Assembly (NCBI GenBank): GCA_010093745.1
Contig: MU006049.1
Location: forward strand, 1 to 34,643
Source of the DNA: Piedraia hortae CBS 480.64
Lineage: Eukaryota
Direction: 5' to 3'
Length of the DNA stretch: 34,643 bases
Shown here: positions 8,677 through 20,113 of the stretch, piece after piece
How positions within the stretch are numbered: the first letter of the stretch is position 1
Layout: the number at the start of each line of letters is the position of its first letter
The notes under the pieces: model-generated
What the model was told of the DNA's origin: nothing
Databases searched by the model: none
The model's input: the letters and a program-made list of their open reading frames with translations, nothing else
Position numbers and translations under genes: made by a program

Positions 8677-11600
8677 ATGCCGTACGTCAAGCCCACGGTC
8701 CACCTTTCGCGACTTGCTGGCTCAGCGCTCAAGTCGTTTACACACGGTTACGCCCAGACTCTCGTTGCAGCCAGCCAGAATTCGAATTTTCCGCAGAACA
8801 ACGGTCTCGCCGACACACTCTCTCATCGCATCCGAAGGGCGGAGCGCAACAGACTCCAGAATGGCAGTCTACTTGGTGAGGTCGCGCGACAGGACACTGG
8901 TGTCCCGGATCCGGCACTCGAAAAATATGTCGACGCTTTGCAAAAGTCGCTCAAGAGCGGCAAATTGCTGCCGCAGCTGCCGTTGGTGAAGAGGCAGCGG
9001 CCTGCTCTCCCCTCGGTAGAGGCTCAGACAGAGACGGAGGAAGTGTTGGATCATCTGGTCGAGGCAGAGAAGCAGCTGGAGCATCTGGCCAGGGCGGAAC
9101 CAGTCGCCAAGCTAGAGCTGCCCTCGCTCACACGGTCATACACTACTAGTGCCTTGGATGATTTTGACAAGGCCCTTGGAGATGGCCGAACTAAGGAAGC
9201 TGTCGTAAAGCAGGTCAGCGAGGCCATGGTGGAGGAGGTGGCAGCAGTGCAAGAAGCAGCAGCAGCTGGAGAGACGGCACCGGCAGAAACAGCAGAGGCT
9301 ACTTCCACAGCCGAGATATTCACTCGCGAACTGATCAACTTTGCCGAGCTGCAGCAGTATGAGCGGATCCCGCCGGCGTTCCAGGCGATGCTCTTGAGCG
9401 GGGTCAAGCAACCTCCAGCGGCCGCATATCGCGCTCTCCTACTGTCATCTATCCACACGACGCTTGGGAAACACGAAAAAGTACCAGCAGCATTGAAGAT
9501 CTATACAGACATGCTCCACCGCAATGTCGTACCGGACGAAGAGACGTTTGGAATGCTCATTCACCTCCTCTCTCGTCGTAGCCTCGACTGTATGGACATG
9601 CTGAAAGACGTGGAGCAGCGTCGTCTACGGTTTGGCGGCTTTGACCGGCCGGAATCGTTCATGTTTGCATCCACAGAGGCCGAGCATAAGATGCTGTCTG
9701 AAGACTCTTCCCTGAAAATGGCATTGAAGCTATTTGGACGGGCCACCAAACACGGCGTTGTTCCGGCTGTTGATTGTGCGGCTCTGATAATTACTTGTGC
9801 TAATCACGGCAGAATTGCCGACATGGAGACGGTATATGCCTATCTGAAAGCGCAAAATTCTGAACCGCTGACATACATTTACCCCTCCATGATTGCGGCC
9901 ATGGGTTGGCTGGGTGACTTGAAAACTGCAGTCGACCTTTACAACGAGTACAAAGAACTGGCCATTGCACACACGGCGGGCAAAAACAACATTATGCGCA
10001 TTGACGAACACGTTTATGGTGCTATGATGAGCGCATATGGTTTGGCTAAACACCCAGAAAAGGGCGAACGATTCATGTCTCGAATCAAAAATGACTATCC
10101 CAGTGAGTACTTTGCCAAGCTACGCGACTACTTGACAACGCGCGTGTTTATCCCTCGCGCGCTGTCACAAGGGCAATATCGTGAGGCAATGGGCTTGGCA
10201 GCTTCCATAAAGGGATCTGCTTCCACGAGGGCCATGGCTGATGTTGCCACGGCGGCGGCTGATAACAATGTTCACGACGTGGCAGTGGAGGCTTATGATG
10301 TCGCTGTGGCACCGTACAAGGAGGGCCAAACCAAACTCTCCAAAACTACAGACAACACTCTAGCTCAACCAGCAATGTCTCTGATGGCCATGCATGTTCG
10401 TGGAGCCAAGGTCGAAGCAGCCACTCCCTACTTTACCCACCTCAAGGCCTTCCCTCCCCAGCCTGCTAGCATTGAGTCGGCGGCGATGATGGCCATTGGC
10501 CTGATTGCTGAACACCAGGCCGAGTGTGGTGTGGCCGAGGCTCGAGAAGAGTTTGCTCGCAGCCGTGGTCACGCATCTGAGCTTGCCTTGTTTGATGTTG
10601 TCCGCCGCATCGACGAGGCACTCTACACCATCGGTGACTTTATGCTTTGCAGAGAGAAGCAACCGGCGGCTGCTTTTGTCGAACTGCTAGCTGCCATGAG
10701 CGAAAACGGCGGTGTCCACTCTCATATCAAGATGCATATCATGGCCCGCTTTGGCGAAGGGGAAATCGCCCAGCTGGGTCCGGAGGCGGTTGAATTGCTG
10801 CTTCGTCTGCAGTCGGACATGATCGTCCACGAATTTGCCATGGACGTGGCCGCGACGCACCGTCTGGCAAGCTTGATAAAGGCAGCTACCTCCATCTCAC
10901 TGACTTCCTCGCCTCAGACCATGGCCGCAATCGACAAAGCGCTGACTGTCGTGGGACATCCTGATTTGTACGTCTTGTGGGACCAATATCTCGCTCAGCG
11001 TCGTCCACTTGCACCCTCTCTACAGCCCGTCCCGGCTGCTACCCCGTACGGGGAACCTGAAGATGTCATTGGCTCTAACGCCATCATTGATATGCTGGGA
11101 CATCAACCGCGTCTAAACGACGCCATGGACCAGCTCAATGCCATGCGTCGTAGCGGCAAGGCGCCCAGCCTGCAAGCCTATCTGAGGCTTGTTGAGGTGG
11201 CTACCAAGAGCGACAGACTGGATCTGGCCCAAGATATCTATGCCATGGCCCGCAACGATATCCCGATTACCAGTACGCATGACGTCTCCCGCTTCAGGTG
11301 GCAGCAGTTGATGGACCATCTTGTTGCCGCCTCTCTCCTCTCCAACCGTCGTGATTTGGCAGCCATGTACCATCAGCAGATGTTCGCCATCGGCCTGGCG
11401 CCTTCTGCCAACACGTTTGGCCTCTACATCACCACTCTGAAAGCCGGCCCCAAGACCTTTGACGAGGCATCCGAGGCTGTTGACATCTTCATGACTGCCC
11501 AGGCCGAGGGCGTTGAACCCACTTCATTCCTCTACAACGCACTCATCGGCAAGCTAGGCAAGGCCCGTCGTATCGATGACTGTCTCATATATTTCGACGA

Positions 11601-12399
11601 CATGCGCAACCGCGGCATCCGTCCGACATCAGTCACATACGGCACCATCGTCAACGCTCTCTGCCGCGTTTCCGACCAAACCTATGCCGAGGAAATCTTT
11701 GACGAAATGGAGAACGCTAGGAACTATAAACCACGTCCCGCTCCCTATCACTCCATGATGCAATTCTTCATCACCATCAAAAGAGACCGCACCAAAGCCA
11801 TGGCCTACTACCGCCGTATGCTCCACCAAGGCATCAAACCCACAGCCCACACCTTCCGTCTCCTAATCGACATTCACGCGACCATGGAACCAATCAACAT
11901 GTCCGCCGCCGAGTCCGTCCTCGACGACATCAAAGCCGCAGGCCTTCAGCCGGGAGCAATCCACTACGCAGCCCTCATCCACGCCAAAGGCTGTGATTTG
12001 CATGATCTCCCCTCTGCCCGAGCCCTCTTTGACTCTGTCGTCACTTCCCAGCCGCATCCGGCGCTCTACCAAGCCCTCTTCGAAAGCATGAACGCCAACC
12101 ATTCCATCAAAGCCAGCGACGAAGTAGTCAAAGACATGGAAATCCGTAGCGTGGAATTCACACCCTACATCGCCAACGCGTTAATCACAGGATGGAGCCA
12201 GGAACAGAACATTACGAAAGCGAGGGAAGCGTATGAACGTGTGCCGGTGAGTAAGCGGGAGCCGAGCACCTACGAGGCGATGGTGCGTGCGTATTTGGCG
12301 GATGGGAATAATATTTCCGCTCGCAGGGTCGTACGTGAGGCGCTGAGTAGAGGATATCCCAAGGCTGTGGCGGGGAAGATTGCGGATTTGGTGAGGTAG
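8677..12399 (+). CDS. Large pentatricopeptide-repeat protein, probably mitochondrial RNA metabolism/translation (Ppr5-like, 1240 aa)
   Basis: Tandem ~35-aa PPR motifs: PSANTFGLYI, PTSFLYNALIGKLGKARRIDDCLIYFDDMRNRGIR, PTSVTYGTIVNALCR, PTAHTFRLLI, PYIANALITGW, PSTYEAMVRAY. The N-terminus is basic and lacks acidic residues, like a presequence. Confidence 0.92.
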   Translation: MPYVKPTVHLSRLAGSALKSFTHGYAQTLVAASQNSNFPQNNGLADTLSHRIRRAERNRLQNGSLLGEVARQDTGVPDPALEKYVDALQKSLKSGKLLPQLPLVKRQRPALPSVEAQTETEEVLDHLVEAEKQLEHLARAEPVAKLELPSLTRSYTTSALDDFDKALGDGRTKEAVVKQVSEAMVEEVAAVQEAAAAGETAPAETAEATSTAEIFTRELINFAELQQYERIPPAFQAMLLSGVKQPPAAAYRALLLSSIHTTLGKHEKVPAALKIYTDMLHRNVVPDEETFGMLIHLLSRRSLDCMDMLKDVEQRRLRFGGFDRPESFMFASTEAEHKMLSEDSSLKMALKLFGRATKHGVVPAVDCAALIITCANHGRIADMETVYAYLKAQNSEPLTYIYPSMIAAMGWLGDLKTAVDLYNEYKELAIAHTAGKNNIMRIDEHVYGAMMSAYGLAKHPEKGERFMSRIKNDYPSEYFAKLRDYLTTRVFIPRALSQGQYREAMGLAASIKGSASTRAMADVATAAADNNVHDVAVEAYDVAVAPYKEGQTKLSKTTDNTLAQPAMSLMAMHVRGAKVEAATPYFTHLKAFPPQPASIESAAMMAIGLIAEHQAECGVAEAREEFARSRGHASELALFDVVRRIDEALYTIGDFMLCREKQPAAAFVELLAAMSENGGVHSHIKMHIMARFGEGEIAQLGPEAVELLLRLQSDMIVHEFAMDVAATHRLASLIKAATSISLTSSPQTMAAIDKALTVVGHPDLYVLWDQYLAQRRPLAPSLQPVPAATPYGEPEDVIGSNAIIDMLGHQPRLNDAMDQLNAMRRSGKAPSLQAYLRLVEVATKSDRLDLAQDIYAMARNDIPITSTHDVSRFRWQQLMDHLVAASLLSNRRDLAAMYHQQMFAIGLAPSANTFGLYITTLKAGPKTFDEASEAVDIFMTAQAEGVEPTSFLYNALIGKLGKARRIDDCLIYFDDMRNRGIRPTSVTYGTIVNALCRVSDQTYAEEIFDEMENARNYKPRPAPYHSMMQFFITIKRDRTKAMAYYRRMLHQGIKPTAHTFRLLIDIHATMEPINMSAAESVLDDIKAAGLQPGAIHYAALIHAKGCDLHDLPSARALFDSVVTSQPHPALYQALFESMNANHSIKASDEVVKDMEIRSVEFTPYIANALITGWSQEQNITKAREAYERVPVSKREPSTYEAMVRAYLADGNNISARRVVREALSRGYPKAVAGKIADLVR

Positions 12400-12661
12400 G
12401 GATGGAATGTGCATGGCATGGCGTTGGGAGTTGTAGATACCCTACTCTGTACATGTACATTACAAACGATTGTCTCCGCTGTCAAAATGCGTGGCTGGTG
12501 GGATTGATGTAAGGAGATGGAGATGACCTGCTATATAATCATCCTTTAGCAGGAAAGGTCATTGAGATTGAGATTATCTCGGTAAATCCCCGGGTTATTC
12601 TCTCCACGAGGTATATATACCGCCCCTCCTAAAGTAAAGGTTATCGGGGCTTGTCTAAGAA

Positions 12662-12776
12662 ACACCCATGACGCAGTGGCTTAGCGTGTCGTTCTTATAT
12701 TGATTCTGCGGAATTACATATGATAATTTGCAAACTTGTAATGCGAAAGTCGCGAGTTCGAATCTCGCTGGGTGTA
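12662..12776 (+). tRNA. tRNA-Ile (anticodon TAT) with a 41-nt intron (12700-12740)
   Basis: Acceptor ACACCCA/TGGGTGT, D-stem ACGC/GCGT with AGTGG, anticodon loop CT-TAT-A (12696-12698), T-arm GCGAG-TTCGAAT-CTCGC, discriminator A. The intron sits at the canonical 37/38 position, with a G three bases from its end able to pair with C32. Confidence 0.85.
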
Positions 12777-12789
12777 ATGGAATCTCCAC

Positions 12790-12796
12790 TTTTTTT
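12790..12796 (+). terminator. RNA polymerase III oligo-T terminator of the tRNA gene
   Basis: T7 run 13 nt downstream of the tRNA 3' end. Confidence 0.7.
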
Positions 12797-12972
12797 CTTG
12801 CCATCAGCCTTGCCAGGCATTCCTCTCTATTCAACCAAACCATTCCTAATCATCATATCCTACTGTTCAAACGTCTTTTTTTTTTTCAAATTTCGTGGTG
12901 GTTGCTCAGTCACTATTATCTTCCCCATACGCTCTAAACACCTACAGGCATGTACACCCGCCATCCCTTCCC

Positions 12973-14667
12973 CTATAGAAAACCAATCAAAGTCCCAATC
13001 ATATCCCTCTCCTCCTCTAATCCTTCCGCCCTAATACCCAACGACTCCCTAATATCCTCTTTATCAACCCGTTGGAGAATAAAACCTCTCTCCTGCCCCT
13101 CCGCAACTAACCACGCCAGAATCAAATCTATCAATTGAACAGCATACTCCTCTGCTTCGCCGGGACCAGAGAGTTTTTCTTTGAGGGAGAGGAGGGATGT
13201 GATTTTCGCGGTATCGAATTTTGCGAGGAGGCGGATTCGTTCTTCTGAGGTACCGGGGAGGGTTGATAAGAGGGTGGCGAGGAGGGAGAGGAGGTGCGTG
13301 AGTTGGGATAAGGGCAAGGGTTTGCGAAGGAGGGGGAAGAGGATTTTGAGGCCGGAGAAAGTTATTAGACGGGTGGAGAGGAGGAGGGTAACTGGGGGTC
13401 GGGGATCGGGGGGAAGGATGGTGCCGTTGCTGCCGCCGCGACCGCCACTGGAGCTGCCATCGCCGCGGCTGGTACGCTCAGCAGCTTCAGCCCCGTCACT
13501 GGTAGGAGTAATGGTGGAATTGCTGAGAAGAGCATAATTCAACAATCTCAACACCGCCCCCCTCAGGGATGATTTCTTCTCTTTAAGAAAAAGTAAACAA
13601 AGCTCCACCCCCTCTGCGTCGAGAAAGAGTTTCTTCCCTTCATCCTCGCCAACGAGACAGGTCAAGGAATCGAAGAGGTTTTCTGCGAATTCCACTTCTA
13701 AAGAACCCTTCGGGAGGGTAGCATCCCTGAACACAGAGACTTGGCGGAGTAGCAGATCTACCCCGTCGGGAATATTCGTAAAAATCCGACGGGCAGCAGG
13801 GGATGTTTGCAGAATAATCTGCAAAACTTCGGCGGCGTACTGCTTATTCTGGGAGAGAATGGCCTCATCCTTCCCCATGCGGGTCGTTAACCAATTGATC
13901 AGATCCGCTCTTTCACCTAGCTGGGAAGCGGCTGCGTCAGCATCACCTCCCTCCCCAGCGCTCGCAGAAACCACCCCCTCCACCACCCCCAACAAATGAA
14001 AAACCCCCCCTCTATCGACCTCCTCCTTCTCATCCAATCTCTGTAGGTTCATCAAAATCAAATCAACAAGCCCACACCCCATCAGCGAAGCAATCACCCT
14101 CCCCCTCGCCCCACTGCCTCCCTCTTCAGGATCAAGAACCTCCCCCAGCACCTCCGCCACCGAAATCGCAATATCCGCATTCTCGTGCGCGAGCGAACCG
14201 ACCAGAACCTCGGGTCCTTTGCCACTTGCAAACTCATCCCAGAGCTCAGGGTGTTCGGATAGAATGCTGAATGTTTTGATTTCCGCGTCGAGGTCGGCTT
14301 CGGAGTCGATGAATTTTTGGGGTTCAGTAGGGTATTGGGCGCGGAGGGAGGTGTTGAGAGAGAGTTTCTTTGAGAGGGTTGCGATTGCGCGTTTGAGCCA
14401 GACTGGGTTGATGACCGTGGGAGGAGGAGAGTGGGTGTCGATGTAGTCTAATGCGGAGATAGTGGTGGTGTCTATGCCGCTGGAGAAGAAGCGGTCGCCT
14501 TCTTCGTCTTCGGAAATTGGCGATTGGGGGTCGAGGTCAGTATTGGTCGCGGGAGGAAGCTCGGGACCGGCTTCGTCGGAGTTATGGGGTGAGGACGTGG
14601 CGGAGATTTTGACGGATTTGAAGGCTTGCTGGGCGTCGGGGATCGGGAGTTTGCGTTTCGTGGACAT
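12973..14667 (-). CDS. CTNNBL1: Beta-catenin-like protein 1 (CTNNBL1; Prp19/CDC5L complex-associated), ~564 aa
   Basis: PQKFIDSEADLDAEIK..SILSEHPEL, LAHENADIAI, SQNKQYAAEVLQIILQ, EFAENLFDSL, FLDAEGVELCL. Start taken at MSTKRK (14667); the ORF is open back to 14838. Confidence 0.88.
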   Translation of the reverse strand: MSTKRKLPIPDAQQAFKSVKISATSSPHNSDEAGPELPPATNTDLDPQSPISEDEEGDRFFSSGIDTTTISALDYIDTHSPPPTVINPVWLKRAIATLSKKLSLNTSLRAQYPTEPQKFIDSEADLDAEIKTFSILSEHPELWDEFASGKGPEVLVGSLAHENADIAISVAEVLGEVLDPEEGGSGARGRVIASLMGCGLVDLILMNLQRLDEKEEVDRGGVFHLLGVVEGVVSASAGEGGDADAAASQLGERADLINWLTTRMGKDEAILSQNKQYAAEVLQIILQTSPAARRIFTNIPDGVDLLLRQVSVFRDATLPKGSLEVEFAENLFDSLTCLVGEDEGKKLFLDAEGVELCLLFLKEKKSSLRGAVLRLLNYALLSNSTITPTSDGAEAAERTSRGDGSSSGGRGGSNGTILPPDPRPPVTLLLSTRLITFSGLKILFPLLRKPLPLSQLTHLLSLLATLLSTLPGTSEERIRLLAKFDTAKITSLLSLKEKLSGPGEAEEYAVQLIDLILAWLVAEGQERGFILQRVDKEDIRESLGIRAEGLEEERDMIGTLIGFL

Positions 14668-15149
14668 GGTGTTCTTTCTTTCCGTAGCGGTGAGTAGGGT
14701 TGGGTGAGGTTGATGGTAGAATGCGCTAGGCTGTGTTGGGTTAGTGTATTTCAGGGAACTAAAGCTGTGTTTGGGGGTTGGTGGGGGTACAGTGACGTTG
14801 GGATGATGGGTGACTTCCAACGAGAGAGGGAGGGACATCTACACATCCCGCAGGACACCAGCAAGCGAAGCTTTTATTCTTATTCCATAAATATAACCTA
14901 GGTAGTCTGTAGCCCAACTATTCCCAGCTCCCTCACCACCCTTCCATTGGAGAAAATCCTCCATACCAACGTCCCAATCACTTCCATATTTTAGCCATCC
15001 AAATCAACTAAAATCAAAATACGATAGAACATCTTTCTCGCGTACACCATCACCTTGTCAGTTCCCCACCCACGGATGTAATATATCCCTTTTCCTTTTT
15101 TTCTTCCACTCTACCCCTCTTCCATCCCAGCCCACTCACTTGAATCAAA

Positions 15150-16004
15150 ATGGCAGCAACACAAAAAGACAAATCCCAACTCTCCCTCGCCCGGCAGTTA
15201 TCCAATATCCCCTGGTGCGAGCAATACGAGCGCATGATCTCCGGCATGTTGTACGATGCATTCACCCCCGAGCTGGAAGCGGCTCGCTTCAGAGCGCGGA
15301 AGATTTGTCATGAATATAACACTACTTTTCCCTCTTTTCCAACCGGTAGGGAGGGCGGGGAGCATGAGACAAACCCCGTGCCGAGTGAGGGATCCTCCCT
15401 GAAGGTGGGATCTTCTGCAGTGAAACCCGAGGCCCAGTCTCAAACCATGGAGCAAACCCCAAAAACTCTCACAGCCGAGGGAAATTCTTCTGAGCGTCAG
15501 AAGGAAAACAAATCAGAGGGAGTTAGTCAGGGGGAAGAATCCATGTCAGTCTTAGCTGCCAATCGATTCAAAATTCTATCTTCCTTGTTGGGTTTCTGCG
15601 GCAGCGGAACCTTCATCGAACCCCCCCTCCAAGTCGACTACGGCTCCAACATCTCCCTCGGCCTTTCCTTTTACAGTAACTTCAATTTAACCATCCTCGA
15701 CTGCGCGCTGGTCACAATCGGGGATCGTGTAATGTTCGGGCCGAATGTAAGCATCTACGCCGCGACGCATGAGACTGATGTTACGTCGAGGAGGGAGGGT
15801 GTTGAGTACGCTAAGTCGGTAAGCATTGGGGATGATTGTTGGATTGGTGGTAGCGTTACCATACTAGGGGGGGTAAAGGTAGGGAGGGGGAGTACGGTTG
15901 CGGCGGGGAGTTTGGTTAATAAGGATGTGCCAGAGTGGAGTGTTGTTATGGGTGTTCCTGCTAGGGTGGTTAGACGTGTTGAGCCTGTTCCGCCTGTGGA
16001 GTGA
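15150..16004 (+). CDS. Maltose/galactoside O-acetyltransferase family protein (hexapeptide repeat, 284 aa)
   Basis: YERMISGMLYDAF.PEL...RFRAR (Mac domain), FIEPPLQVDYGSNI, TIGDRVMFGPNVSIYAATH, IGDDCWIGGSVTIL, VVMGVPARVVR. Confidence 0.93.
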   Translation: MAATQKDKSQLSLARQLSNIPWCEQYERMISGMLYDAFTPELEAARFRARKICHEYNTTFPSFPTGREGGEHETNPVPSEGSSLKVGSSAVKPEAQSQTMEQTPKTLTAEGNSSERQKENKSEGVSQGEESMSVLAANRFKILSSLLGFCGSGTFIEPPLQVDYGSNISLGLSFYSNFNLTILDCALVTIGDRVMFGPNVSIYAATHETDVTSRREGVEYAKSVSIGDDCWIGGSVTILGGVKVGRGSTVAAGSLVNKDVPEWSVVMGVPARVVRRVEPVPPVE

Positions 16005-16157
16005 TTGGGGGTATTACTCGAATGGAGAGAGAGGATGATAAACCAACCTGTTGATTCGCTGAAGATACTAGAAGGGATGAAATGGATGATTGTCATTGAT
16101 AGATCAACTACCCACGCTGGACATAACTTCATGGATACTAGCATCCCAGCTTCATGT

Positions 16158-19100
16158 CTACCTCCCAACACTCCTCACTTTTCCCCTCTGCTCCTCCGTC
16201 AGAGCATTAAACAACTCCCCAAACCCCGGCTTTAGCGCCTGCTGCGTGAAAAAATCCCTTAGTAAACCCTGCGTCTGATCATCCCTCACCTTAACCTCTG
16301 CCTCTTCATTCCCATACGCCATCAACTCCGCCTTCGTCATGCCCGACGCAAGGTTCAAGAACGAATCACTCTCATCTTCCCAATCACTCGCATCATCGTC
16401 GTCATTCGTCTCAGCTAGTGCCCCCGCGGAGGTGGGATCCTTCTCTACCAAAACCTCATCCGCAAGGACTTTGAAAATCTTCAGCTGTGCTGATATGGTA
16501 GTATACTGCTCCGGCTGCTGTTTCGCCCTTGAGCGGGTAACAATCCTGTCACTCTTCGGAACGACCAAATCCCCCTTGACTTGGATATTCATCAGTCGCG
16601 CATCCTCTAGGCTGTAGATGCTCGCGAGGGCGGTTACGCTATTACCATTGTCAGCCTGATTTTTTTTTATAGAGATGTCAATACCTCTGGCGAATGTCAT
16701 TGTATCCGGCAAATGTGACGCAGTTTGCGAGCCATTTGCTCATTACGATGTGAAGGCCGTTCTGGCCGTTTATGTTAACATCGGCGAGGAAGTTGATGAC
16801 GTCTGGGGCGGAGATGAGGGATAGTCGTGCAAAGACCATGATGAGGCTTTGGATGAAATGGGCTTTTTCGGCGCTGGCGAGTCGGATGGCGACTGCGCGG
16901 AGGAGTTGGGGGAGATAAGGGCCCAGACGCTCCGCACCGGCTTTTTCGACTGCTTCGGCGGCTAGGCCGCCGACTTCTACTGCGCCATTTTCGTTGATGG
17001 CTGGGTTGAGTAGTCGGTCGATGATGATGAGTACGACTTGGAGTCCACCTTGGCCGGCTTGGTCTGTGTAGGCAAAGACCTGCTCGGGGTCGTTGCTGAG
17101 CATGTGTTTCAGTGCTGCTGTTGCTGATTTCAGCAGTTCGTCGTCTTCGGATTGAAGGAGGAGATTGCTCAGTCGGGGCATGACGCTTGCGACGAAGCCG
17201 GGTGGCATTGGCGTCCATGCTTTTTCGGCGAGGATGGATAGTAAGTCGGCGGCGAGACCGGCTAAGGAGTCGTTTGATTCCAAGGTTGCTACGTCGAATG
17301 CTTTCAAGAGTGATGGAATCATTTTGTCTGAAAGCCGGACGTATGAATCCCGTCCATTGGCTGAGACGGCACCGGCAATCTCTTCAAACGTCTCGCAGAC
17401 GAGCAGTACAATCTGGAAGTTTGACGTGCCGTGTCTTCCCAATGTCAAGAGCAAGTCGATACCGCCGTTGGTAAGACCAGCAGTTGCATCCAGAAGGATC
17501 ATGTCTTTCAACGACTCCACCAGCGTCATGAGCACATCATCGCTCTCTGCAAGTTCACTCACATCCTGCGAAGCGATGAAATTCGAAAAGGAAGAGATCA
17601 GCAGAGACTGATGCGGACTAGTCAGAGCACGCGGCAGCACGTTTACAAAGTTTTGCAACGCCCGGATGCAAGACACCCTGACGATATCTGAATCGTCATT
17701 GTTGAGGGCATGCAAAGATGCCTGCATAAGCTGTGCAGCAGCCTGCTGAAAGTCTTCCTCTGCGACTCGTGCAAGGTTCCCAGCCACCAAGAACCCTCTG
17801 GCTCTTAACAAAGCCTCGTCATTCTGAATAGCATGCTGGATGAACTGTCCACACGCATTTAGCGTCTCTCGACCGATACCCTTCGACGTCTCATACAGAT
17901 CACAAAGCAGCTGATTGAACAGATACAGAGCAGCTTCCTTTGCTTTCCAGTCCGTGTTTTCAGCGAAAATGGCTACAATGTATGCGAGCAGAGCCTCGAC
18001 CGTCTGGGTCTGGATCCACTCGCCGAGTTTGATCGCAAGATCGCCACACGCCGTTCTTGGTGTGTAATTCGCTGTTACATTGGCTTCTTCTGATAAGAAA
18101 ACATTGACGTCGATACTCCACATGCCCTCTTCTTCTTGCGTAACATGGGCATAGGCGACGGCCAGTTTCATCATCTCAGCCAGCCAGCTGTTTCCGCTTT
18201 TGAGCTGCTGGTCGAGTTCTTTTCGAATCGGAGGCGCACGAAGACAGGCTTGCAAAAAGTCCAGTTCTTCCAGGACCAAAAAGTCAAGGGTATATGGCAG
18301 TCCATCAGAGTCTTCTAGTCGGCCTTGCTTGTCGGCGACAATGTACTCTTGATAGTACTGCATCTGGTGAGTAGAGAGTTCCTTCCACGTAGCTGAGAAG
18401 AGAGCCTGGCTCTGAGGCGAGAGTGTCGATGGAAGAAGGGTTCTTATCCTCATCAAGACCTTGCCCACCTGGAGTTTGAGCGCTACACAACCGCGATAGA
18501 ATGAAGCTGCGTCTGAGTCTTCTTCTCCGGGGGCCGTCGGCAAGGGAGAGTCAAGAATACCGAGAAACAAGGGAATCCACATCTTCATCGCCTCATCCAC
18601 AAAGCTTTTGACCTCGGCTTTGTAGTTTTCCATTACAATTTCCAGCAGGTCAAAGCAAGAGCGGAAGACTGACAGCGTCAGAGCCCGTAGGATGGGCTTC
18701 CGGCTGGCATTGGAAGCAACGTCGTAAAGCGTCTTGACCAGGTTTTGTGCGATTACGAAGAAGTGAGTCTCGTTGAAGCACTCTTCTAGCAACTCTTGAA
18801 GAACTTTTAGCGCTCCGTGTAGCTGCGCGTCCGTGCCGGTTGCCAATATATTCAGAATTGGCTGCAGCAGATCGGGCCAGTCGTCTGGAAAGTCTGACAG
18901 AGCAATTTTACTGACAACCACACTTGCCGCGCTGGTGATTTTACTCGGACTCTGTCCGCCGAGGACGAGATTTAACAGAGACTGACGAATTTGATTCCTT
19001 TTTCCATCGTCTGGATAGATCCATCCGCCAAATGTGTCAAACTCTACCGACCAGCAAGCCTCAACCCATCTTTTGAGGTACATTATGGCTGCCTGACGGA

Positions 19101-19257
19101 TGGGAAGAGGGACATCCTCGCGCGCCCCGATGGATATCAAAGCCAGGGGAAAATCGGGGTTCGCACCCTGCTGCTTAAGCTGCGATTCGGCATTTCTTCT
19201 AGGCGCCTCTTGCGCCGACTGGGATTCTGCCAAGAGTTGGGCGAGCTGCTGCTCCAT
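16158..19257 (-). CDS. KAP114: Importin-9 / Kap114 family karyopherin-beta; intron 16639-16684; ~1017 aa
   Basis: IBN_N-like start (RRNAESQL...IRQAAIMYLK), DFPDDWPDLL, LEDSDGLPYTLDFLVLEELDF, ANYTPRTACGDL, and C-terminal VKGDL...IVTRSRAKQQPEQYT. Intron GTATTG...GCTGAC...TAG restores the frame (DIRQ-S-VTAL). Confidence 0.92.
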
Positions 19258-19459
19258 GGTGCATTTACGCTCTTTTTGAAGCTAGGTTGTTCCCATGTAC
19301 AATCCGTACTGATGCTTGCAAGTCTGTAGCTCTGTCCTCGCTGATGCTTGTAAGCTCTGTCTCCGCTGAACTGCTCTGCATAAATTCGCTCGCGTCGTTG
19401 ACGGGTGCGGAATCGATCCGCCCTAGACGCAAAACACTGCCGACGTGTGATTGACAGCT

Positions 19460-20113
19460 ATGGAGTCTTCCTACCGTGCTCTGGTCACCAGCTTTACAGA
19501 CTTCCTCACCGTTGCGATTCATACGATTCTGTACGAGCGAGACTTGTATCCGCGTACGTCTTTTTTGTCAGCCAGAAAATACAACTTCTCGGTGCGACAG
19601 AATCGACATCCCAAGGTGTGCGAGTGGATCAACGATGCCGTAGCCTCGGTCGAGACGGAGCTACTCAAGGGAACTGTCGACTACGTGGCCGTGGTCATTT
19701 GCACGAGGGAAAACAGCGTTGTTGAGCGATTCATGTTTGACGTCTCACGTTTCCCCACCGTTCCGTTTAAATCTATCGACTTGCCTCTTCGGCGGACTAA
19801 TGACGCCGGAGAAAAGGTTGCGATTCTGCCCACAGTTGACATGGAAGAGCAGTTTAAAGCCAACATGGCGAGACTAGCTAATTGCAGCTCACATTTGAAC
19901 CCGCTTCCAGAAGGCTGCACGTTTGCCATTGCCATTGAGCTTAAAAAAGAGGCAGACGCACCCATCAGCCACTCACAAGACTGGATGCCATTAAGTGCAC
20001 AGATACCAGGGAGCAAGATTAGCGCAGCGCAGCAAAAGCAAGCTCTACCGCTAGGAACCGTGTCTGCGGAGGAGATGGTGTTTGAGACATGGGTGGAAGC
20101 TGATTTAATGTAA
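19460..20113 (+). CDS. REV7: HORMA-domain DNA polymerase zeta accessory subunit Rev7/MAD2L2 (217 aa)
   Basis: FLTVAIHTILYERDLYP.TSF..ARKYN..V.QNRHPKVCEWI, VERFMFDV, PLPEGCTF. Confidence 0.9.
   Translation: MESSYRALVTSFTDFLTVAIHTILYERDLYPRTSFLSARKYNFSVRQNRHPKVCEWINDAVASVETELLKGTVDYVAVVICTRENSVVERFMFDVSRFPTVPFKSIDLPLRRTNDAGEKVAILPTVDMEEQFKANMARLANCSSHLNPLPEGCTFAIAIELKKEADAPISHSQDWMPLSAQIPGSKISAAQQKQALPLGTVSAEEMVFETWVEADLM

Noticed and set aside
12731..12746. Alternative reading as tRNA-Thr(TGT) from CTTGTAATGCGA
   Set aside because: It would need an intron at a non-canonical position in the anticodon stem. The TAT reading has a canonical 37/38 intron with the expected C32-intron pair.
14668..14838. 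57-aa N-terminal extension of the CTNNBL1-like ORF
   Set aside because: C-rich low-complexity sequence resembling a 5' UTR. The downstream ATG has a good context (ACCATG) and begins a basic KRK segment.
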